Of a stretch of DNA of 64,000 nt, positions 1-11,765 are shown piece after piece. The notes below the pieces were generated by a model, which ran no database searches, was not told the origin of the DNA, and saw only the letters and a list, made by a program, of their open reading frames with translations. Position 1 is the stretch's first letter. Each line of letters opens with the position of its first letter. Source of the stretch: Nemertoderma westbladi (Eukaryota > Animalia > Xenacoelomorpha); NCBI GenBank assembly GCA_032718475.1, contig JAUCBJ010006459.1, positions 1 through 64,000 of the forward strand, written 5' to 3'. The position numbers and the translations under genes were made by a program.

Positions 1-58
1 ATACTTGTCATAGACTAAAAAGCAATTTATTATCTAGAAGACATTCTAATTTGGCGGG

Positions 59-3000
59 TTAAACTGCCAAAGGTCTGAAAGCGCGAACATCCTGGTCACT
101 TACCTCTAGTGAACGTATTGGTGCTCTAGTATACCAACCTATGGGAGTTCTACATGCGTAGGGGTTGCCCGCTGTAATAACAGATGGGCGTGTCTCCCAT
201 ACCTGATGTAAGTTAAACTGGTCTGTCCCAATTAACATCGCAATTGAACGATAATTAACAGGACATTCCGGTATTCCAAGATGTCGGAAATACTTACGAT
301 CTTCCGGTGATTGCTCTGGCACAGGGCCGAGCAAGTTACTAAAGTCCTTCGTAGCTGCAAAGGTCAAATTTCTTACCGGAAGTAATGAGCGCTCCTCCTT
401 GCTGTGTTCCGCTTTGGAAAGAAGAGTGTCTAAAGTTAGTTTTACTCTTGTCACAGGAATCGCTCTCTTACCATGCATGCTGCTTACAGTATACTGAGCA
501 GTCTTACCTTGACTCATGTCCGTAACTACGTCGGCTACTTGTTCGTCGACATAGCTATGCGATGACGCAGAGTCTAAGATGGCGTATATACGCTTGCTCC
601 CTCGGGTTCCGGTAATCTTTATAGGAATCACGCTAAACCCTTTCAATTGGTTCTGTGTGAGGAGCGTTATCGATGGCTGTTCCTCACCTGCATGCACGTA
701 GAAAGTGTCGTCTTCCTCCTCGTCCTCGTCCGATGATCCTGACTGATCCATACAGTCGGTATAAAAGGTACGGATCTCGCGCGGCGCATGCTCCTTATAA
801 AGCGCGTCGCATCTAGCCGCTTTATCTGGATGCTCTCGTCGAAAGCGTCTGGTCGGAGTATGACTGGTTGTGTGAAGCAACGCGTCATGGTTACGTCTAC
901 ACAGAGAACATGTATCGTCGCTCGGGCAATCCTTCCGGACGTGTCCTGGCTTCATACATCTCCAACAGGAATCTAGAGATCGGATTTGGAGTCTCCTCTC
1001 CTCGATCCCCAACTCTTTAAAAGCGCGACATCCACGTAGTTTATGTCCGCTATGGTTTCTGCCGTTCCGCTCGCAGTATGAGCATCCCACAAAGTCCGCC
1101 GGCAACTGTTGTCGTGGCTGCGTGGTGCCGATAGCCGTCAGAACTTTAGAAGTCTCAGTAGGGGTGGCGTAAGTAACGGCTTTCGCATTCGTCGGAAACG
1201 GTTTAGTCCGATTCGGCGCAGAAACAGTTATCCCTTCCGCCGCGATATGGTGATCGGTATAGTTCGATCGAGTCTCAATCACGGCCTCCCGTGAAATAAG
1301 TTGATAGACATCGGTGAGTTTTAATAACCCTCCGGCCTCTTCGCGCTGGTACTCGATGCGTCGCCATTCTCGTCGTAGTCGATGGTGAAGTCGACCGATT
1401 ATTCGAATGAGAACCGTCGGTGCGTTAGCGTACTCGAGTTGTCCAATGGACCGTAAAGTCCCTATAGCGTTCTTTATTTCGTCCGCGAGTCGTAAAAGGT
1501 CGATCGGTCTCGAAATGTTGCCTCCTCTGCAGAGGTCTTCAATAATGGATTTAGCCATGGCGACATTACCGCCGTAAATCGAATACAAACGGTCGTACGC
1601 CAATTCAAAGGCATCGGGAACTCCAATAAAGGTTTCCGCTAATCGTTTCGGCTCACCAGACAGAACTTGGAGCAAGTAATTAAACTTCTCCGTCGAGGTG
1701 AAAGCACACTTAGCGATCTGGGACTCTACGTAGTCTACCAGTGTGCGCCAGTGTTTCGCGTTGCCAGAGAACTTCGGCGGTTGCTGTGCCGGTAATCCGT
1801 GTCTAGCCGCGAATTTCGCAATCTCGCTAACTAAATCCAACTGTCCGCGTCCCTGTTCGGCGGCGTCGTCCAGTCGCTCCCTTCCGCGCGTTGTTCGTCG
1901 GTAGGAATTATTAACGGGATCTTCTTCTCGATGTGTCGGAGTCCGTCTAGTCTCCTGTTCTCTCCTCGGTGGTCGATGTTGTCTAGGTTGTTCCAACTCC
2001 ACGCTGGTTCGTGATCGATCCGACGGTTGCGCTTCGAGTCGCTCTTCGAGTTGAGCTATTCTGTCCGTCATCTCGGTGAACTGTTTGGCGCTGATCGTTT
2101 CCGCTGGTTTCAACGTGGGTTTCTGTTGGGGTGTTTCTCGTGGAGGATTGTCGATATAGGGGTTCGTCGATCGTTCCTCCCGTTTGTAATCCGCTGCCGC
2201 TGCCGCTCCAGTACGGAATATTTCCCGTTCCGTCGACTCCGAGTCACTGGATGAATCGCTGTCGTCCGGATAAGGTGGTTGGCGGGTTCGCGTCCGGCGT
2301 ATTATTCTTCGTCGAGTTCGTCGTGGTCTGGGATCTACGGCTCCTCGTTGTTCGGTAGGCTCGCAAGCCTTCCACGAAGTCGTAGGTCTCGTTAAACATT
2401 GGGTGAGAGGTCTAGTAAAAACATCTGAGTTAAGTTCTACTGTAGGTTTATAAATGACTGGGTTCGCGCAGCACGTCACAGGTTTAACTTGCAATGGTTT
2501 ACTCACCTGTTTTACTGTCATAAACGCAGGTTCGTCTCTCTCCACAAGTAAACTACGACTTACTGTAGGTGGACTAGTTATGTTACCTGCTAAAATTGGC
2601 GATGAAGTCGCCCTAGGTTGCGGTATTTCCGTCACAACAAACCTGCTACCTTGCGTCGGGCGCACAGGCGTTATTTCCTTAGGTTTCGTAACAAAGACCG
2701 GTTTTATCGGAGTCGTGGGTTTGAGCATAGGAATAACTTGGGGAAAATGTTTACAGTAATCCTCGACGAACTCCTCTCCTCGATCTATCGCTCCCACGCT
2801 TCCTTCCTCGATTCGCTTCTGGATTCCGCGATATCGAGTCTCCATGCGATCCAGGGCAGACAAGTCGTGTCCAGTTCGAGACCTTATAGATCTATCTCTC
2901 GCGTCGAGTTCGAGGTCCGCTTGCGCGTTCGCTGCCTCGCGCGATCTACGATTCAGTTCGAACTGGAGCTGCATCTCTCTTTCGCGTCGATCTGCTTCCT

Positions 3001-4243
3001 GTTGTTGTGCCGCTAACTCCGCTTCCTGTATCGCTAAACGAGCGTTTATTTGTCGCGCCTCCAACTTGGCCCGAGCGTCGGATGCTGCCTTTTTCCGTGC
3101 TAACTCGTCAGCTGCGTTTACCGCCGCAACTCGTGCTAACTCGTCGGCTGCCTGTCGTGCTAACTCGTCGGCTGCTGTCGCCTGTCGTGCTAACTCGTCG
3201 GCTGCTGCCGCCGCGGCCGCTTCTCGCGCTAAGTCCTCCTCCAGTCTCCGCATCTCTGATGCTTCGAACTCAGCCTGTGCTTGAAGTTTCGCAAGTTTCG
3301 CTACATCCTCTCTGCGCTATTTTTCTCCTTCGATGGCGATCTGTGCCATCTGTAGTTGCGCTTCTTCCTCGGCGACTTGTTGTCGGCGTGCAACCTCCTG
3401 TTGTTGTCGAGTAATTCCAGACGCTGTTCTACTAACGTCGCCAACGTTGCCAACGTCGCTCCGTACGCTAACGAACGATCTATCCAGTGGTGGATGTTGG
3501 TAGGCTCGCGAGCCTTCCGTAGTGAGAACTTCCGTCGTCCCTCGCGGTTCGACTTCCGGTTCGTCGATCGGTACGCCGCATCTACGAAGAAAATTGGTCA
3601 GCGTTTCCAACCTTCCGTCCAGGCAGTAGAGTTCTTCTTCCTCTTCGGGTTGTAACAACGCGTCCGAAACTGACTCACCTAGCAGTTGGTCGAACTGCTC
3701 CTGTTGAGCCAATCTTATCACCGACTTAAACTGGATAAGGCTTTCTCTCGCACTTACCAATTTATCTACTATCTTTACCTGAGTAAAGTTGTCGCCACGC
3801 AACTCTGCAAGTTCGTGCAAACCTTCAAGTTTATCTACGGAGGCATGTACCCTACTTTCTATCCTTACCTGTAAGGTGTAGAACTCGTATCTCGACATCG
3901 GGGCGGTTAACTCGCGTAAAACGCGAAAACCTTCTCCGAGGTTCCGAGTAATCTGGGCCATGTGTCCTCCTATACTTCTAATAACGTTCTCCTGGCTTCC
4001 AGTCGAACTTACCATGTCCGGTTCCCGCGATCTAGTCTGCGGGACGGTAAGGAAATCTTCGATTCTGCCGTCGCCACGCGTTGCGGCTTCCGGTATTTCC
4101 GTTCGGGGTACCGGCGACGCAAGCGGTGTGACATCGGTGGAATCTCGGGTTCTCCTTCTCGGTTCGTCTACTGTCGATCTGTCCGGGTCGCACGAGTCAT
4201 AGTCGGTAGGTGGGTATCTCGTCGAATGGGGTGTGTCACTCAT
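59..4243 (-). pseudogene. Gag-protease of element C, frameshifted near 3300 and ending shortly after the protease
   Basis: Two consecutive ORFs match the single N-terminal frame of A. They contain a DUF1759-like gag core, Cys/His knuckles (CWRCMKPGHVRKDC) and an aspartic protease motif (ILDSAS). Confidence 0.88.
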
Positions 4244-6973
4244 GTCTTATTATATACGTCAAGTACGGATAATAAAATGTCAAAGTGTCTGAATGTTGAA
4301 GTGTCAAACTTACCTAACCGGTACAAATAAATCAACAAGTCAGAATGTCGAAATGTCAAAATGTCGAAATGTACAAATGTCAAACTTACCTTGATATATA
4401 TATATATCATATATATACCCTAACCGGTACAAATAAACTAACAAGGTATATAATAAAATAAGTAGTAATCTAGCCTACCGGCTAAATTTGTACGAATAAG
4501 TGAGATAACGGTATACGTTAACAAAATGTAGATCAACAAGTATAAACAATAGGCCAAAACAGCAACGTCTAACGGGAAAATAAGTACCAACAACACTACT
4601 AATAGACAGTGAAACCCACAAATTTTGAGTACTACTGTGCTTTCTTAAGTTTGAACGACGCGAGTCGTAAAACTTACGTTCCTTTGATCTTCCAGTCGTA
4701 CAAATTCCCAAATACAAACCGGACGTGGGTCTTTCCGTTTTTCGGCGGCGCGGACGAATTTATTGTCTCCCAAACTTTGCGAAAAGCGGTCTAATCCTCG
4801 AAGCGGTCCAGAAATGAGTCCTTGAGTCCTGAAAAGGTCGAAGGTGAGAGTTTTACTTCTACGCTTACGAAAAATCTTCCTAGGTACCGATACAAATTGG
4901 TCTTTAAACCCTATGTACCTTTTCAAGTACCGAAAGTAACACCGCACACACACGGCGTAAAACAAAGTGCTACAAACTAACTGTTAGCTAGTCAAAGATT
5001 AAATACGAAAGTACTAGCTACCCTAAAAGCCTACTGAAGCAGGGGACGTTCTAAATTACTAAATTTACTAACCTTAGTTTTTAAATATCTCCTACTTTCA
5101 ATAGCTAACAATCGAAATAATACTATAAACTACGGCGGAAATACTATATACTAATTTATATAAATACTTCCTACTGTAAGGGTCCAGTAGTATACCGCTT
5201 ACCAGATCCTAGTAACGATGTATCTTACTATGAGACTCTAGTAATGTATACGGGCTTGTACAGTATCTGACAACAAATCCCAGTCCAGGATATCTAAACA
5301 AACAGATACAATACACAAACGACTACTGGCGAGGAACAGAGCCTTGTATCTATTCTATGTACGTGAGCGGGTCTAATGCCTACGTACTAGACAGAAGGAT
5401 ACCTGTCCTCTAACCGGTGAGGCAGATGTACAGTTACAGTAACAGACCAAACTCACGGGAAAACAATCCCCGCGCAGCGAATCCTAACTATCACTGACAG
5501 TCCTAAATACAGTAACTTGCCGCGGTGTGATTTATATGGTTTATATACGAGCTAGTGGGTTAACAGACCTAGCGTAACAACACTGACAGTCCTAAATCAG
5601 TCGAAAAGGGGTCGTACCTAAATGTAACAATAACTGATCCCCCTGTACGAAATCAGTCTAAAAGGTCAGGCCTAAATGTAACAATACCGTTGTCCAGACA
5701 AACAACAGTTTAATAACGAAAGTGAAATACTCCTTATTGCCGCAACTAAATCAGATCCTAATTTTACAAATACAGACAATTTCCACCTAAAGTAATGTAT
5801 AGTACGCTATAGCTAGTAGAACTTTAAGGGCAATATGTTTTAGGGCGTGTGTGTGTGGGTGTGTTACAAATAAAACAATTTCGTGTAATTCCTTTTACTA
5901 GGTTTTAGTGATTTTCTGACTAAATGATACCGTGCGCTAGCTACTAAAATAAACTAGTCGCGTTTGTAGAACTTTATACTCACGAATGACGTCAAAGCTC
6001 TCTCCTTCCTATCCACAACCCAATGGGCAACCACAGTGTTAGTAACTACACCCGTGATCGGCACTAATACCAGATTCTGGTTGTAAGATAAGAATAGGGG
6101 TTAATCGCTACCGTACGTTAGCTGATCTGGTATACTAATTTAATTCTAGAACTTTGTTGCTGCGGTAGTTAGCAGCAATACCTATCAGTACGTGGCAAGG
6201 CGCGGTAGGATATTAATAAACCTCCCTAGGCCAAGCAGTGTGCCGGTAGCAGAAATACTCCTTGCCTGATCAAATAGCTAACTCCAGACAGGGGGGGGGG
6301 GGGGGGGGTGTACTAATGTACGTTCTACAAAGCGAACCGGTACCAAACAGTCAGTGCTATGAATCACTAAATTATGGAACATATGCTGTCCGTACCTAAT
6401 ATGTACTCGCGTACTGACGAATGGCAATAGTTCGCACCTGTAGGAAGTACAGGTTTTAACCCAGGGATTCGTAGGACTTGACAAAGGGGGGGGGGGGGGG
6501 GGTTGTCTGGATATAATTATTTGATCCTAAATTTGCGGCGTCCAGTACGGTGTCACGCTTACCCTGATCTATAGGTCTTACGGCGGGCAAGGGCGTCGAA
6601 CAAAGTCTTACCTTCTCACAAAGCGGGCGCTGCATAGCAAGTGGAGTATTTCGAAGGGGCAAAGGGGGTGCGCGGTCGATCCAATGTGGGCGCTAGCGTG
6701 TTGTGGACATCCCTTCCCTGCGTTGCTTACGGCCTAACGATCTAGGCTGCCATCTCCCTGACGTTCGGCTGTCCCGAAGTAGGACCAAAGGAAAACATGT
6801 CAGGAATTTGCAGTATATTTACAGTTTTACAAAAGGATTTATCAAACGAAGTTTCAACAAGAAACCGAATAAACTAATTTTACAAAAGTAAGAGTTTTAC
6901 AAAGTGGTAAGAAGTGACATAATATAAGGTGTGTGTGACGTGATAACAGGTAATAACGGAAGGCAAACCGGCC

Positions 6974-7220
6974 TTTTATACTAGAAATTGCACATGGAAA
7001 CTAAACAGAATTTTCCACAGCTTCACCATTGAGCAATGAAGTGCTTCGTGCCCTATGATTGGCCCAGCTCATCGTTCAACGCAGTCCGGCCCTTACACTA
7101 ATCTGGGACATGGAATCCTAACAGAATTTTCCACTGCCTCACATTTGAGCAATAAGATAATTTATGCCCTATGATTGGCCTGGCTCATCATTCGCTACGC
7201 TGTACGCTTCTCATTGGCCT
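6974..7220 (-). promoter_or_regulatory. Pol II promoter in LTR C: duplicated ~115-bp unit with CCAAT and GAAnnTTC motifs, TATAAAA at 6980-6974
   Basis: A direct repeat at about 6991-7075 and 7107-7190 carries GAATTTTC and ATTGG in each copy. A third ATTGG is near 7213. TATAAAA reads on the minus strand. Confidence 0.6.
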
Positions 7221-7253
7221 ACCAATTAGCACCACACGAAAATAAATGGCCCC

Positions 7254-7343
7254 AAAATACAAATTTCCCGACTGGGATTCGAACTCGTAACCTATGTAAT
7301 GCACTATGTACTTTAACGCCTTAACCATCTGACCACTACGCCA
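7254..7343 (-). ncRNA. tRNA-like Pol III cassette (A box, B box, T-run) in U3 of LTR C
   Basis: The minus strand reads TGGTCAGATGGTTAAGGC ... GAGTTCGAATCC ... TTTT. The acceptor stem does not pair. Confidence 0.6.
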
Positions 7344-7599
7344 CGAGAGTACCTAAGGGTTTTATGTGTACAAATATGAATAGGCATATTACATTACTGT
7401 AGCTCAATCAAAATACGTCGGATTTTCGAAAGTTTTTACGTTAAAGTTAAACTACAAATGCTATCTTATAGTGAAATAATTCATCACCACGGGGTTAATG
7501 TTGACCCCCCACCCCCCCCCCAAACAATTGCTCATAAGAGTAGCTCTACTACTAGTATCGGCATGCTGCATTGCAGCTGCATTTTTAAGAATGCTGTGC

Positions 7600-7790
7600 C
7601 GGCTTGTGGACAAAATTGCGCCGCCACAATTCCCTATCACCCATGACATTTGCTAGATCATCCGCATCTTCAAGGCCAGTGTCCTTTAAGATCGTCTCAA
7701 GAAAGTCATGGGCTGTCCACCATACTTATTCACTCCGCTTGTTCGGCCTTAGGTATAGTTGAGAGACTGCTAGAGAGGCTTATTGTTGAG
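7600..7790 (-). mobile_element. Possible 3' remnant of an RTE-like LINE
   Basis: One minus frame reads ...DDLANVMGDRELWRRN, which resembles the C-terminus of RTE-clade ORFs. It is short and degenerate. Confidence 0.3.
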
Positions 7791-7814
7791 AGGCTTATTC
7801 ACTCCATGAGGCTG

Positions 7815-7925
7815 CTAAAGTGCCTAGTTGAGCGCCGGTCCTGCAATCTATTGGTTGTAGGTTAAACCCCGCCAGGTTCCTCTCAGCCTTTCAACCACTG
7901 GGGTCGATAAAATGAGTAGCAGTTA
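7815..7925 (+). mobile_element. tRNA-derived SINE fragment with conserved central domain
   Basis: A degenerate B-box (GGTTAAACCCC) is followed by TCAGCCTTTCAACCACTGGGGTCGATAAAATGAGTAGCAG. This resembles the central domain of widespread metazoan SINEs (Meta/Nin-type; recalled, not searched). Confidence 0.45.
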
Positions 7926-7944
7926 AAAATTACTGGAAGCAAAA

Positions 7945-9008
7945 CTTGGGATAGGAGTAGCGCCCACCCCTACCTTCGGGTAGCAGATAGGAGTAGCGTC
8001 CACCCCTACATTCGGGTTGCAGATAGGAATAGCGCCCACCCCTACCTTCGGGTAGCAGATATGAATAGCGCCCACCCCTACCTTCGGGTAGCAGATAGGA
8101 GTAGCGCCTACCCCTACCGTCTGGTAGCAGATAGGAGTAGCGCCCACCCCTACCTTCGGGTAGTAGATAGGAGTAGCGCCCACCCCTACCTTCGGGTAGT
8201 AGATAGGAGTAGCGCCCACCACTACCTTCGGGTAGCAGATAGGAGTAGCGGCCACCCCTACCTTCTGGTAGCAGATAGGAGTAGTAGCGCCCGCCCACCC
8301 CTACCTTTGGGTAGCAGATAGGAGTAGCGCCCACCCCTACACTCGGGTAGCAGATAGGAGTAGCGCCCACCCCTACACTCGGGTAGCAGATAGGAGTAGC
8401 GCCCACCCCTACCTTCGGGTAGCAGATAGGAGTAGCGTCGACCCCCTACCTACGGGTCACAGATAGGAGTAGCGCCCACCCCTACACTCGGGTAGCAGAT
8501 AGGAGTAGCGCCCACCCCTACCCTCGGTTGGCAGATAGGAGTAGCGCCCACCCCTACCTTCGTGTAGCAGATAGGAGGAGCGACCACCCCTACCCTCGGG
8601 TACCAGATAGGAGTAGTGCCCACCCCTACCCTCGTGTAGCAGATAGGATTACCGCCCACCCCTACCTTTGGGTAGCAGATAGGAGTAGCGCCCACCCCTA
8701 CACTCAGGTAGCAGATAGGAGTAGCGCCCACCCCTACCCTCGGGTAGCAGATAGGAGTACCGCCCACCCCTACCTTTGGGTAGCAGATAGGAGTAGCGCC
8801 CACCCCTACACTCAGGTAGCAGATAGGAGTAGCGCCCACCCCTACCCTCGGGTAGCAGATAGGAGTACCGCCCACCCCTACCTTTGGGTAGCAGATAGGA
8901 GTAGCGCCCACCCCTACACTCAGGTAGCAGATAGGAGTAGCGCCCTTCCCTACCCTCGGGTAGCAGATAGGAGTAGTAGCGCCCGCCCACCCCTATCTTT
9001 GGGTAGCA
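7945..9008. repeat. 36-bp minisatellite (GCAGATAGGAGTAGCGCCCACCCCTACCTTCGGGTA)n, about 29 units
   Basis: Head-to-tail units with point variants are directly visible, with no unique spacers. Confidence 0.95.
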
Positions 9009-9519
9009 GCTATCGAGAGAGGAGCCTTTGGGTCGCCTCTGGCTTCGGTCTACTTGATTTTTTGTTAGAAATATACATTATACAGATCTGCGCATTTAAT
9101 AAGGGTGTACTGTACATGTGTTCATGGACTGTTATTTTGCACTCCCCGCCAACTCCTTTTTTCTAGTATCTACTATCAGACTGTGACCGTAGATACTTGT
9201 TACTACTGTTAATGTACCATACACTGCAGTACTGGCGCAATGGTGCTCAACAGAACCTGCAGCCCTACAACAACCCTGGGTACTGGTATATTATAATATT
9301 GTAACAATGAATAATTCTGATATTAGTTGATTTAATTATATTAATTACACTAAACCTGCATATTGGCATATAAATAAAGTAAAATTTTTTGCTTTGTCGC
9401 TTATTCAATATCCAATGAAAACAAAAGATATTGAAAACGTGTGAAATTAATGTTGACATAAATACTTTCTACTAACTATCATTCTTTATTTTAATATTTG
9501 TATTATTTTATAAAATTAG

Positions 9520-9717
9520 GTGTTTGTGGTTGATAGTGTTGATGCTTCTGACCTCAGTAATTTGGCTAACAACACAGACAATATTTGTGGTTCAGTCGAA
9601 GTTACGGCCGTGCAGAGTATAGACTGCAGAGGGAAACCTGGTCGTTATGTCGTTGTGTTCCAGGGCGGCGACACACCCCTGACGCTCTGCGAAGTCCAAG
9701 TGTATCCTCCACAATAG
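9520..9717 (+). CDS. Terminal exon of a host gene with an F-type lectin (fucolectin/FTP) domain C-terminus
   Basis: A T-rich tract and AG acceptor lie at 9518-9519. The translation includes CGS...C.GKPGRYVVV...LTLCEVQVY and a TAG stop, the typical end of an FTP domain. Confidence 0.72.
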   Translation: MFVVDSVDASDLSNLANNTDNICGSVEVTAVQSIDCRGKPGRYVVVFQGGDTPLTLCEVQVYPPQ

Positions 9718-10299
9718 ACACAAAAGTAGCTACAGTACAGTAGGGTATGAAGGAATTGAATATTCTATTCACTGTAGTGACTATCTATATGGTCGTGGGA
9801 TAGTATTTAATGTTAACGGTATGATAATTCTCCAAACAAATACATTGCCTTCCATTAGAACTTCAGTTTTCTGTGCCTTGAACTCACGTCCTTCATCTTA
9901 GAAGACCAACACTCTAACCAACTGAACTTATGGTCGCCAAGAGTGGTGAAAGATGTACCAACTGACATGTAAAAGAACATATAATAATAATCAATCACCA
10001 CAATGATAAACCAATCGTTAAATACTGAATACTGCTAAATATAATATCAATAGTCAATAACACCAGACCGATATCCAATTATTGTTCACACCTCTACATT
10101 ATTCCTGTGTTTCGAGCTGCCTCGATACAAAGTTTCCTGACAAAACCCCCATACATACTCTTACAGTAAGCAACTTCCACAATAACTTATATTGCACAAG
10201 TATGTGGTTACCAATAGAAAGTTGTTTGCCTCTATCAAGTATACAATGTATTGAACAATTTGAACAATCAATCAATCACATGATTTCGGAAGAGCTCTT

Positions 10300-10900
10300 T
10301 TATTTGAGTGTTGTGTTATTCGTAATATTTGTGTTATGTTTTGGGAAGCTAGCAGCAAACTCAGATACATTCGGTGTAGAGTTAAATGCAGCACATTGTC
10401 GATTGACCAGGGAAGCAAAAGATACTCTTTGCTTACGGCCACCTCTTTCTGGTCTCATCAAGGAAAGGTGAAGCATAAGAAGGAGCTTGGACCAAGACTG
10501 GTAATCATTGGACAATAAGACAGCCTGGACACAAGCGTCAAGTGTCTTAGCTACCTGCACTCTTGCCCCATGGGGGACAAACTTCAGGATTCTTGTCTTG
10601 CTGTTTTTAACAACATTGAGTAGAGCCCATGCTTCTTGGAGAGACTGGTCAGAAGGCCTACTTGTAGGTGTCCCAGTTCCCAGGTTATTTGGAACTTCTG
10701 AAGATGAGGTTCTTGTAAGTGTGTGGGATAGCTGATTTAGATTGGCATCAATGATATGTTCACCGGTTTGTGCAATCAAAGAACCGGATCCAGGACAGTA
10801 GGTGCCAGAGAATACTTTATGCCTACGGAGTTTACCATCATGGTTAGTAGAGAAAGGTTTTTTGCAGGAGTGGCAAGTGCGCTTTAAGTTAATATTTGCT
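10300..10900 (-). mobile_element. 5' fragment of a CRE-like (restriction-like endonuclease class) non-LTR retrotransposon ORF
   Basis: A Zn-finger-like CHSCKK...RRHK...C is followed by RILKFVPHGARVQVA...NDYQSWSKLL...RGGRK, which resembles the pre-RT region of CRE elements. No RT is present. Confidence 0.45.
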
Positions 10901-11577
10901 GGATCACTCTGGGAATGGGTGTCTTGTTGGCTGTGAAGGGCATGTATAGTATAGGCGGGGGGGTTGATGAATTATGTGGGAGTGTTTGAGGGATGTGGAC
11001 TGGTGGAGCAGGAATGGTTGGGTTGCGGTTAGTTGCTGGTGCATTGGGTAAAAGAGTTGGAGAGATAGTGGTATGTATGTTTGTTGGAAATGATTGCGCT
11101 ATGGACTAAAAAATATTTGCAATTTAATCAAAGTTAAATTTGCAATTAAACTAATAATTTCAAAATGTCAGGGAAAATATTTTTTAGTTTACGATTGTCA
11201 ATTATATACATTTGCTACAATTATATACAATGAAAACAAACAAAAATCAACAAACAAGCAACAGACGGGTATGGAAAAATTAACATGATTTGATGAAAAA
11301 TATATATGTTACAATTATATACAAATATATATACAACAAACAAATATTATATTATACAACAAACAAACAACAAACTAGCAGCAGGAATTAATATGATTTG
11401 ATTGTAAGGTGTATATATGTTAAAACAAACAATAAGCAGCAGATGGATATGGGGAAATGATTATGATTTGATTATAATGTATGTATGCTACAATTATATA
11501 AATAAACAAACAGCAAGCAATAAACATATGTGATTTATATATACATGCAACAAACAAAATCCCTCAAACAAAAAAAA

Positions 11578-11726
11578 TGCCTCAGTGAGGCGTAGTCTGT
11601 GCCTCAGTGAGGCATAGTCTGTGCCTCAGTGAGGCATAGTCTGTGCCTCAGTGAGGCATACTCTGTGCCTCAGTGCCACAGTGAGGCATAGTCTGTGCCT
11701 CAGTGAGGCATAGTCCATGCCTCAGA
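11578..11726. repeat. 22-bp tandem repeat with palindromic core GCCTCAGTGAGGC
   Basis: About 6-7 copies of GCCTCAGTGAGGCATAGTCTGT. Confidence 0.9.
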
Positions 11727-11765
11727 CCTAAAACTCAAGACTTTAGGAGTGCCTGATGTCTTAAA

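Larger units (their letters stand above)
85..7456 (-). mobile_element. BEL/Pao LTR retrotransposon 'C' (5' part: LTR, leader, gag, protease); diverged relative of family A
   Basis: ORFs 4243-3317 and 3253-59 align by eye with the gag-PR of A (TDYDSCD, QQPPKFSG, CCHC motifs, AILDSASSHSY). The leader and LTR share sequence blocks with A. Both outer boundaries are approximate. Confidence 0.9.
5175..7456 (-). repeat. 5' LTR of element C (about 2.3 kb; TGTA...TACA termini inferred)
   Basis: The minus strand ends ...CCCTTACA at 5175 followed by GTAGGAAG, like the TTACA|GTAGGA in A. The layout matches the A LTR (tRNA-like box, CCAAT, TATA, conserved U5 blocks). The second LTR is not in the window, so the 5' end (7456 or 7470) is uncertain. 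Confidence 0.65.

Noticed and set aside
7457-7468. ATGCTATCTT next to LTR C, matching the hairpin arm before B's PPT
   Set aside because: A single 10-nt match with no partner arm or PPT; probably coincidence.
7945-9008. CRISPR-like array or repetitive protein gene
   Set aside because: The 36-bp units are contiguous with no unique spacers, there are no cas genes, and the context is eukaryotic. The open frames follow from the unit length.
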